Below, one piece after another: positions 1-7,808 of a stretch of 64,000 bases of DNA. Below the pieces are notes generated by a model, which saw only the letters and a program-made list of their open reading frames with translations, was not told the origin of the DNA and searched no databases. A program made the position numbers and the translations under genes. Source of the DNA: an uncultured Nitrososphaerota archaeon (lineage in GTDB: Archaea > Thermoproteota > Nitrososphaeria > Nitrososphaerales > Gagatemarchaeaceae); NCBI GenBank assembly GCA_963703285.1, contig OY969807.1, positions 192,001 through 256,000 of the forward strand. The letters are read 5' to 3'. The stretch's first letter is position 1. Every line of letters begins with the position of its first letter.

Positions 1-700
1 CTTCGACCTGCTCCTCCATGGTCTCGTAGCTCGCCCCCTTGATCTCGGCGAGCCCAAGAAGGACGCTCGGGACGAGGCTCGGGCCGCTCGCACCCCCGAG
101 GGGGCCGTAGGGGACGGGTCCGTCGCTCTCCGTGAGCAGGCTCTCGCGGGGAACGCTTGCCGCTATCCTGCGGATCTTCTTCGAGTAGATCAGTGCGGGC
201 CCAACCGAGACCAAGTAGCCCCGCGACACGACCTCGGGGACGAGCACCTCCCCCTCGAACCAGTGCATGAGGACCGACCGGAGTTTGAACGTTCCCAGCA
301 GCTCCAGGCACTTCTTCTCCGACCCCCTGCTGTGCACCTGAACCGGCTTCCCCAGTCTCTCGGCGACCCGGAGCTGGTCGATGAAGGCCTCCAGCTGAGG
401 GCTTCCCTCGGAGACGGGGGAGTACTTCTCGTCAAGGCCAATCTCTCCGATCCCGTCGCAGGCGTCGAAGAACGGGCCAAGGGTGCGCGAAGGCGCTTCG
501 GCGGTGACCTCCGAGGGGTGCACGCCGACGAATGACCGGACGGTGCCCTTGTTCTCCCTGGCGGCCTCCAGGTTCCTCGCCACCTCGCTCGGGCCTACGG
601 TGCAGGAGAAGAGGCACATCGGGGCGGCCCTGGCGACCCGGATTGGTGTGCGAACTTCGGGGTATGACATCAGGTGAACGTGCGCATCTACCAACGTCAT
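1..700 (-). CDS. tatD: TatD-family DNase/hydrolase (3' end runs off the window)
   Basis: Manual translation from ATG 700 gives MTLVDAHVHL...FVGVHP...GIGEIGLD...VHSRG...HWFEG...LLTESDGP, the TatD motifs. It is absent from the ORF track because there is no stop in the window. Confidence 0.9.
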   Translation of the reverse strand, partial: MTLVDAHVHLMSYPEVRTPIRVARAAPMCLFSCTVGPSEVARNLEAARENKGTVRSFVGVHPSEVTAEAPSRTLGPFFDACDGIGEIGLDEKYSPVSEGSPQLEAFIDQLRVAERLGKPVQVHSRGSEKKCLELLGTFKLRSVLMHWFEGEVLVPEVVSRGYLVSVGPALIYSKKIRRIAASVPRESLLTESDGPVPYGPLGGASGPSLVPSVLLGLAEIKGASYETMEEQVE

Positions 701-892
701 TGGTCTGGAGGCGGCGCTGAAGGATTATTATCTCCTAGGGGTGAGATTCCACGCTCCCGAAGTGCGATTCCTCGTTATTCTGCCCCTATGGTGATAAGCG
801 GTGAAAATCACGTGGACGCAAGGTAATGGAGCCGAGATGTAAACGTTTTAGACCAAACATTTAATAATTAACCTCATAGGTCGGCTTATGGT

Positions 893-1114
893 ATGTCTGA
901 GTCTGAGTTTGGTCTAGCGGCCGTATATCGCCTGATAAAGAAGGCGGGGGCCGACAGGGTTGGAGATGACGCTGCCGTAGAGCTCCGGATGGTCCTGGAG
1001 GACGTGGGGACCCAGATAGCCAAGCAGGCGATTGAGCTGGCAAAGCACGCTGGAAGGAAGACCGTGAAGCCCTCGGACGTCAAGCTTGCCGCAAAGGCGA
1101 TTCTGAAGCCTTAA
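893..1114 (+). CDS. Archaeal histone (HMf-type fold)
   Basis: 73 aa, [11 protein letters not shown]...[19 protein letters not shown]-rich TATA-like TTTAATAA about 30 nt upstream. Confidence 0.95.
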   Translation: MSESEFGLAAVYRLIKKAGADRVGDDAAVELRMVLEDVGTQIAKQAIELAKHAGRKTVKPSDVKLAAKAILKP

Positions 1115-1300
1115 CCGCGACCCTGGACCCCGAGACGCCGACGCGTGACCGGTTTCCGCCGGTTCTGTCACCCCCCCTGAGCTCCTCTACGACCTTCGCG
1201 TCATTCGAAGTTCACCGTCTATTTAACCGCCAGTGCGCCATCCGACGAAGAGGTAACAGAATCGCTTTAATCCACATCAGTACCGGGGCATTCGCAAGCC

Positions 1301-1395
1301 GCCCCGGTAGTGTAGCCCGGTCAAGCATGTTACCCTCTCGTCGATTAGTTCTCGGGAGATAGGTAGCGACGTGGGTTCAAATCCCGCCCGGGGCA
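1301..1395 (+). tRNA. tRNA-Glu(CTC) with a 20-nt intron (1341-1360) at the canonical 37/38 position
   Basis: Acceptor GCCCCGG/CCGGGGC+A, anticodon stem TTACC/GGTAG, loop CT-CTC-G|A, T-loop GGTTCAAATCC. The intron can form a bulge-helix-bulge (CTCT/GGAG central helix, CGA/TCG outer helix). Confidence 0.93.
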
Positions 1396-1482
1396 TCCCT
1401 ATTCAATTGAGCACGAAATCTTCCGCCTCGGGAGGGGATTTGAACCACAAAGTTGGAGATTTGAACCTAAAGTGACGTGCCC
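1382..1482 (+). repeat. att-like copy 1: tRNA-Glu 3' end plus ~85-bp cassette left end
   Basis: 101 bp matching 5187-5287 with 6 mismatches by manual alignment. Confidence 0.95.
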
Positions 1483-4400
1483 CCCTCAGGAAATTGTGAG
1501 CGGGCCAGAGGGATGCGCCTAATGTCCTGAGCGAATACATGGAAACCCCATGTTGTCTCGGGCCTGGGTTCGTATCGGAAAATTCGTCCGTTTCCGCTTG
1601 TGACTTCTCTAATGATACTGGGACAACACTGGCGCATGACCCTGTTCGCGTAAGATTAATCGAAGGCGGCTCGTTCCAAGGCCATGTTGCGCCCTCTGGT
1701 TCAGATGTCCGTTTTGCGATTTTCTCGGGCGCGCACTATCCGGCGATTACTTGCGGCTCATCTAGGAACCCTCGTTTTGATTCGCGTTCCAAACGTCATC
1801 ACCATCAACCAGAAACCGCTAAGCAGTCGCCAGCACGAACCGGACAGGGGGAAGCGGAGACTCTTGAGTGCCTGCAGTGCCTTCACGCAAGTGTGAGATT
1901 TGAATCACTCAATCCCTTGGCTCCGCCTACCCGTCTCAGGATGCGATCCCTTACATCGATTATGCCGACGTTTCCGTGCGGGCAAGCCTCGACGCAATCA
2001 CCGCAACCGACACATGAGATTCTGTTGGAGTACCCCTTCCTGAGAAGGTCGGCGACAAGCGGGACGGCGATAGGACATGAGGTCTCACACTCTCTTGTTT
2101 CACATCCTGCACAGATCGATGTGTCATTTGCCCGGATTCTGAAGAACGCCTTGTTGAAGATACCCGATAGAGTTCCGAAGCCGCACCAGCCCTGCCTGGC
2201 GCAGCTGTATGCGCCGAAAGCGGGGGTTAGGAAATAGAAGACCCACCAAACGTAGTTCAGAACGAACATCCCGTAGAAGTCGAGCGGGTTGATTGTTATC
2301 ATGCCAATCACTATCGGCGAGAGGAACCCAGTCTCCTGCAGAGCGAACGCCCCAAACGAGAGGACCATCAAAGAGAAGGAGAGCCACCTTAGGAAGCCCC
2401 AGACGCGAGGGTGGTCTCCCGAGGGTTTGAACTGGTCGTAGTATTCATTCGTCCACATGTGCGCCGCCATGCACACGAGGTTGCACTGCGCCCGCCTTCC
2501 GAAAAGTACGGATGCGGCGATGATGGCGCCGATTGATACGATGAATAACAGAAGCGGAACTGAAAAGATCATGTCGCTCATGCCGAATACGTAGAATGGA
2601 GTGTAGAATGGTATCAGGACAACGAAGAGGGGGATTCCAACGATGATAGCCAAGGCCCAGTTTCTAACCCTCCTGTCTCCTGCGAATCTGTATCTCTGAA
2701 GAACCAGATAGCTCATCTCGGACCCCATCATAATGACGTAGAAGGGTGACATCGTGGTCATCATTGTGAGCGCGAATGAGGACCAAAAGTACGCGAAGGG
2801 TGTGCTCACGCTCAACCCCATCTGGAAAGCCATCACGCTCATCTTTGCGGGATTCCAGGGGAAGAGCCACCACAGGGGGTTGCTGAGATTCATGGGCCCG
2901 GACAAGTTAAGTCCTAACAGGGAAGTCGTGGCGGTTCCCGGGAAGATGGAAGTGGTGATCGACAGGCCGATGGAGGTCGCGGCGAAGCTCATGGCGAGTT
3001 CGGCTCCGTTGATCAGCACCAGAAGCAGGAAGCTGCTCGAACGGTACCACGAAACCGATCTGGAGTCCAATCTCTGGGTCACGAGAAAGAAATAGGCTAC
3101 CATTGAGACAACCATGGCGGCTGAAAGCAAGGCGAAGCTGTTGTAGATCGCATAGAACGAAAGGCCCAGCATCATCAGAAGGTCCGAGGCGGCGAGGCCC
3201 ATCGCGAGTGCCTGGGCGTCGAACGTTCTTCTTCTCATCTGAAGCAGATAGAGGAGCACGATGTTTGCCATCATGACGCCTGCAGAGACGATTATGCTGA
3301 TCAGAACGTACTCATCACCAAAACTGGCGAAGAAGTTCGGCATCAGGACCATGGACAGAGCGAATGTGAAGAGGCTCGCTTGAGGAAGGTCTCTCTTCCT
3401 GTCCGAGATTAGCAGAAAGAAGAGCGCGTCGCCTGCCATCATCACAGCGAAGTCAAGATTGTTGACCGAGATCAGGAGTGGTGAGGAGTTGTGAGGAAGG
3501 AACGCCGACCCGTAGAGGAATCCCATGGAGAGCTCGAAAAGAGCTAGAGCTATCACCAGAGGGATTGTGTACTTGAAATGCCTCCTCCACTCCTGGATTT
3601 CGCCGCGCGCTAATCGCGGAACGAGAAGGACCGCTCCAGAAGCGACGAGGACCGAAGCGCCGAGCAGGAGACTGCCGCCCCAGAAGAGGAGATAGGAGAT
3701 GATGACGGTGACGACGCCCAGGTAAAGAGTGACCGCGAGCGAGAGAAAGTAGAGCCTTGACTGTATCTGGTCTCTCCTGAACATCAGGTAGATAAAGAAG
3801 AACCCGACCATCATCATGTCCACTACGAAGAAATCCATCAGGACCTCCTCGAATGGTCCCGTGAAGAATTTCAGAACCCCGCCCATGAAGAACTCTGCGA
3901 CGAAGATTCCCCCCAACAGCGCGGGAGCCCAGAGCGGCTTGTTCTGCCACCCAATCAGCGGGGGATTGGTGAGCCGCTTCTCGTCGAGCACTATCGTGAA
4001 GTAGATTGACATCTCTGCGACTATCGACAGGACGAACAGGAGGACATCACCGTTCATGAGCCAAAGGAACAGCCCCGCCATCATGAGGCCGTACGTGCCC
4101 ATGAGGCTCACGATGTACTTCGAAGCGCCATCAGTCGTGGGGCGGTTCATGAAGACGTAGTATAGCGCGACGATCATTGCGATGGTCATCACCGTGCCGT
4201 TTCCGATCAAACTGCTCCAAGACCACGTCGTGCTCGCTATTGCGGTGGGAGATAGGACCATGACGACGGTCTGGATTGCGACGAGCCATCGGAAGATGCT
4301 CGGGAAGTTCCTCCCCACTAGGAAGAGCGTGACGGCCATCTCGGAGGCCATGGTGAAGATGAACCAATAGGTGCCCATCGAGTCAATGAGCGCCCAGAAG

Positions 4401-5202
4401 GCGCTCCCGGAGGTCGACGCGGCGCCGGAGAGGATCGCGAAGGTCCAGCCCATGAAGACCTCGGAGAGAATCGCGAGACAAATCACAGAGGAGATCGCTA
4501 TCGTCCTGCTGGAGATCGCGCGGCTTTCGCGCGTCTCGTCTATGGGCCGATCGCCTCTGATGAGAGCGCTGAGTATCGGGATTAGCCCGATGCTCATCGA
4601 TATCATGTTGAGCGCGACTAGCTCGAAGAGCATGACGATGCCTGGGAAGTAGAGGTAGACGACGGCGCTGGCGAACATCGACGCCATCATCACGAGGAGG
4701 AAGATGACGAGGCCTGCGTCCGACAGAGTCTTCATAGTAGACCCCTTCTTCAGCAGCCATGCTGTGAACACGGCCATCGAGCCGGCGATGAGCCATAGGA
4801 CTTCCGCACCCATGCTCTCCTATCAGCACTCGGTCGAGGCTACTGGAAGCTGTTTTAATACATAATGTCCGATGTGGCGACGGGGTCTCTGTCTTCCCCA
4901 CGGGGGAAGGGCGGAGTCATCGGGGGCACAGCCCTGGCCTTCACGCTGCCCGTCTACATCTACACGCTGGCTCGATTCCGCACCTCGCAACCTCAATGAA
5001 GCTCAGGCTCTCGCTCAGAAGACGAGGGAACCGGCATCGCACCCAGGATAGAACGGAGCCTTTGCGGGGTTTTCTCTATCACGCTAGGGATGTCTTCTTC
5101 TTTGGGAGTTCAGAGTGATGTCTCGCGAATAGCGGCTGGGCGCAGGGTTCGTAGGGCCCGGAGGGGATTCGAACCTAAAGTCAGACTCCCGCCCGGGGCA
5201 TC
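1398..5202. mobile_element. Integrated cassette 1 at tRNA-Glu (no integrase seen)
   Basis: Bounded by direct repeats of the 16-bp tRNA 3' end (1382-1397, 5187-5202). Shares both terminal motifs with cassette 2. Confidence 0.75.
1883..4813 (-). CDS. Polytopic membrane protein with a C-terminal 4Fe-4S (NapH/FoxG-like) domain; possibly a fusion of two related units
   Basis: 976 aa with many TM helices. Cys motifs QCNLVC, SCARQGWC, CAGCETRECETSC, CVGCGDCVEACP. Confidence 0.8.
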   Translation of the reverse strand: MGAEVLWLIAGSMAVFTAWLLKKGSTMKTLSDAGLVIFLLVMMASMFASAVVYLYFPGIVMLFELVALNMISMSIGLIPILSALIRGDRPIDETRESRAISSRTIAISSVICLAILSEVFMGWTFAILSGAASTSGSAFWALIDSMGTYWFIFTMASEMAVTLFLVGRNFPSIFRWLVAIQTVVMVLSPTAIASTTWSWSSLIGNGTVMTIAMIVALYYVFMNRPTTDGASKYIVSLMGTYGLMMAGLFLWLMNGDVLLFVLSIVAEMSIYFTIVLDEKRLTNPPLIGWQNKPLWAPALLGGIFVAEFFMGGVLKFFTGPFEEVLMDFFVVDMMMVGFFFIYLMFRRDQIQSRLYFLSLAVTLYLGVVTVIISYLLFWGGSLLLGASVLVASGAVLLVPRLARGEIQEWRRHFKYTIPLVIALALFELSMGFLYGSAFLPHNSSPLLISVNNLDFAVMMAGDALFFLLISDRKRDLPQASLFTFALSMVLMPNFFASFGDEYVLISIIVSAGVMMANIVLLYLLQMRRRTFDAQALAMGLAASDLLMMLGLSFYAIYNSFALLSAAMVVSMVAYFFLVTQRLDSRSVSWYRSSSFLLLVLINGAELAMSFAATSIGLSITTSIFPGTATTSLLGLNLSGPMNLSNPLWWLFPWNPAKMSVMAFQMGLSVSTPFAYFWSSFALTMMTTMSPFYVIMMGSEMSYLVLQRYRFAGDRRVRNWALAIIVGIPLFVVLIPFYTPFYVFGMSDMIFSVPLLLFIVSIGAIIAASVLFGRRAQCNLVCMAAHMWTNEYYDQFKPSGDHPRVWGFLRWLSFSLMVLSFGAFALQETGFLSPIVIGMITINPLDFYGMFVLNYVWWVFYFLTPAFGAYSCARQGWCGFGTLSGIFNKAFFRIRANDTSICAGCETRECETSCPIAVPLVADLLRKGYSNRISCVGCGDCVEACPHGNVGIIDVRDRILRRVGGAKGLSDSNLTLA

Positions 5203-5287
5203 CCTATTCGATTGAGCACGAAATCTTCCGCTTCGGGAGGGGATTTGAACCACAGAGTCGGAGATTTGAACATACAGTGACGTGCCC
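5160..5287 (+). repeat. att-like copy 2 (junction): right-end motif, 16-bp core and left-end sequence, i.e. a complete attP-like site
   Basis: GGGATTCGAACCTAAAGTCAGAC (5164-5186) matches 13109-13131; 5187-5287 matches 1382-1482. Confidence 0.95.
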
Positions 5288-5420
5288 TAAGCTGACTGTG
5301 AGCGGGATCGACGGCAATCGTCAAGCATACTTCCATCAGATGGAATCGAATGAACAGGATGATGGGCCGGAAGGGATTCATCGGGATGTCCGTATTGAAC
5401 CCCTTTAGGTTCTGCGAAGT

Positions 5421-5711
5421 CTACACCAAGCTATTTCCTCCCTCAGCCGCTCCAACTCGCCGTGGTCTCCCCTCGCCCCCTTCCTGCGGCTCTGGGTTCT
5501 CATCCGCCACCAGCCAATCACTTTCGCCCCGCTCGACTGCTTCCTCACTCCCGAGGCGCTTGAGGATGCTCTCAGCCCTGCGCCTATGGTACTCGTCAGG
5601 GACGGAGTAGGTTATGCCCGCTATCGCCACCGCTTCTATCAGCGAGACGCACATTTCTTCGTCGACGAACCCTATCCCCTGAACGAGCTTCGCATGCGCG
5701 ACGGATATCAT
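5421..5711 (-). CDS. Small hypothetical protein
   Basis: 96 aa, ATG preceded by GAGGAGG, divergent from the 5803 gene across an AT-rich spacer. Confidence 0.55.
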   Translation of the reverse strand: MISVAHAKLVQGIGFVDEEMCVSLIEAVAIAGITYSVPDEYHRRRAESILKRLGSEEAVERGESDWLVADENPEPQEGGEGRPRRVGAAEGGNSLV

Positions 5712-5802
5712 GGCGTACCTCCTCTTTCCATCCCTCCCCTGAATAACATACCAAATAGGTTCAGTAATGATTTTATTTACGGGCGCAACCGCGGCTTATC
5801 AA

Positions 5803-6429
5803 ATGGTTAGGACCAGTATCGCCGTCGATAAGGCGATTGCTGACTCCCTAGCGGGGGAAGCGGCAAAGCAGAACAAGACTCTCTACGGGCTCGCTAACGA
5901 GTCTCTCGCCGATGTCCTGAAGATATGGAAGGAAGGGGGCTCGAGCAGGGATATATTCTCATCTTGGAGCTTCGGCCGAATCCTCAAGGAGACCGATTCT
6001 CTCCCGGTTCCTGGTCCTCTAATAGAGAAAATTGTGAGGAGGATGCATTCGATAGACAGCAAGTGGTTACTGAATGCTATGTTTGATGAGGGGGTGAACA
6101 TTGGATCCTACCTGAAGCTGCGCTTCCCAGATTTCCAAAACTTGATTCCGATTTTGTTTGACCTGCAGGCATTTCTCCCGGTTAAGAGGGTTGAGTTTGA
6201 GCGGATCAGTCCAATTACAGATAAGATGATAATATCCATCCGTATCCTGGGAGCGGGTCCCTCTCCTGAGTCGACAGAATGCGCAGAGCAATTCCTCAAA
6301 GGTCTATTGTCACAGTATCCCTACAGAATAACTGATACAAGAGTTACCGAAGGCATCATTGAGGTTACAGTCACGAATGAGGAAGGAGAGCGAGACTCAG
6401 GAGGCTACATCAAGACCGGGTTGATTTAG
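5803..6429 (+). CDS. Hypothetical protein with an N-terminal ribbon-helix-helix-like segment (putative regulator)
   Basis: MVRTSIAVDKAIADSLAGEAAKQNKTLYGLANESL has a strand-helix-helix pattern; AT-rich codon usage. Confidence 0.6.
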   Translation: MVRTSIAVDKAIADSLAGEAAKQNKTLYGLANESLADVLKIWKEGGSSRDIFSSWSFGRILKETDSLPVPGPLIEKIVRRMHSIDSKWLLNAMFDEGVNIGSYLKLRFPDFQNLIPILFDLQAFLPVKRVEFERISPITDKMIISIRILGAGPSPESTECAEQFLKGLLSQYPYRITDTRVTEGIIEVTVTNEEGERDSGGYIKTGLI

Positions 6430-7009
6430 CAAATCGCTCCTTCTCATCACTTCCCCAAGATAGGTACTCTGCGCGTATCGGGTGAGACGAGATGGCTCTG
6501 ATTTCATGACCTCCTATTTGGACCACTTGCACAATTACGAAGCAGATGAATGGATGTTAGCAACTTCACCATGCATCAAATCTGGAAGGCGCACAGGAAA
6601 CAGCCACACGGGGACAGGAGGGCAAAACTGAGTGAAGATGATTGTCACCTGCATAGACGAGAAGAACGGGATACGGTCCCTCGATAGGAGCGAGACTATC
6701 CTTCCCTTGCGTCCCGTGATGCCTCAAGGCATACCCTAGGATTAGAAGCGCGGGGACGAATAGGCCTATTGACGACCCTGAACGTACTCGACGGCACTGT
6801 CGACAAGGAAAGGCAAGGGAGTTCACATTCTTAAGAGCCAAGCCGATGCCCTCCGACAAGAGTTTCCTCTGCGCGACCTGCTTCTCCTCATCAGTTCTGG
6901 ACGACGAAGCGCAAGGGTATCAACAAGTAGCAACAAACGTGCAAACATGTATACGCCAACCCGAATGGGTTCGGGCAAATGCACATAACATGTAGACAGA
7001 GTTAGACAA

Positions 7010-7804
7010 TTGTTCACATTGACTGAAAACAAGGAGCGAAGGAAGTCTGTATCTGTTTCTCAACCTGAGAAAATAGCTACCAGGCCTGTCAGAACGACAG
7101 GCGGTGTAATTCAAGACGTCGCAAATACCAAGGTGAGCAGACGGGCCCTGATGAAGGGCACCGCGGCCGCCGCCGTGGTCGTTGGCGTCTCTACCTTTGC
7201 CATGAACGCACCTAAGGTCAAGGAACAGGGATCCTCCGCTTCCTCGACCTCTTACGTCACGATATCCCCTACACAAAGCGTCACGACCACCATTGCCCCG
7301 CCGGCGCCGACAGTGGCGGCAACTCCATTTGACGCGCGAACGATTACGCTCAACGTCAATGGTACGGACTATACCCCTACCGTGGAACCTAGGAGGATGC
7401 TCGTCGACGTGCTTAGAGAGGACCTCGCCCTGATAGCGACGAAGAAGCCGTGTGACAGGATGTGCTGCGGAGGATGCACCGTCTTGATTGATGGCGTGCC
7501 GCATGAATCGTGCACAATCTTGGCAGTGAGGGCAGTCGGCCATACCATCGTGACTTCAGAAATCACCACGGGTGACGCAGTGGTGAACGCCCTGCAACAA
7601 GCCTGGGTAACGGCGGATGGGGGTCAGTGCAGCTACTGCGCGTCGGGTCAGATAATGGCCGCCACATACCTGCTGAAGACCAATACGAACCCGACGGTCC
7701 CTGAGATCAAGGCCGCATTGAGCGGTAACATATGTCGATGTGGAAACTATCTGCACATAATCGAAGCGGTACAGTCTGCCGCGGCGAGTCTAGGAGGTGC
7801 CTAG
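7010..7804 (+). CDS. Xanthine dehydrogenase-family 2x[2Fe-2S] subunit with a twin-arginine signal (PaoA/YagT-like); start uncertain
   Basis: SRRALMK followed by a hydrophobic stretch and an S/T/P linker; CDRMCCGGC...SC, QCSYC...CRC. Confidence 0.9.
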   Translation: MFTLTENKERRKSVSVSQPEKIATRPVRTTGGVIQDVANTKVSRRALMKGTAAAAVVVGVSTFAMNAPKVKEQGSSASSTSYVTISPTQSVTTTIAPPAPTVAATPFDARTITLNVNGTDYTPTVEPRRMLVDVLREDLALIATKKPCDRMCCGGCTVLIDGVPHESCTILAVRAVGHTIVTSEITTGDAVVNALQQAWVTADGGQCSYCASGQIMAATYLLKTNTNPTVPEIKAALSGNICRCGNYLHIIEAVQSAAASLGGA

Positions 7805-7808
7805 AGCG

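Noticed and set aside
1435-1475. GATTTGAACC repeats as a CRISPR array
   Set aside because: Only two adjacent short copies per site, no spacer-length intervals and no cas genes.
1539-2237. 232-aa plus-strand ORF
   Set aside because: Largely antisense to the ferredoxin domain, with no recognisable motifs.
4880-5000. Short hydrophobic frame GGVIGGTALAFTLPVYIYTLARF near the cassette 1 right end
   Set aside because: May be a captured gene tail, but it is too short to support.
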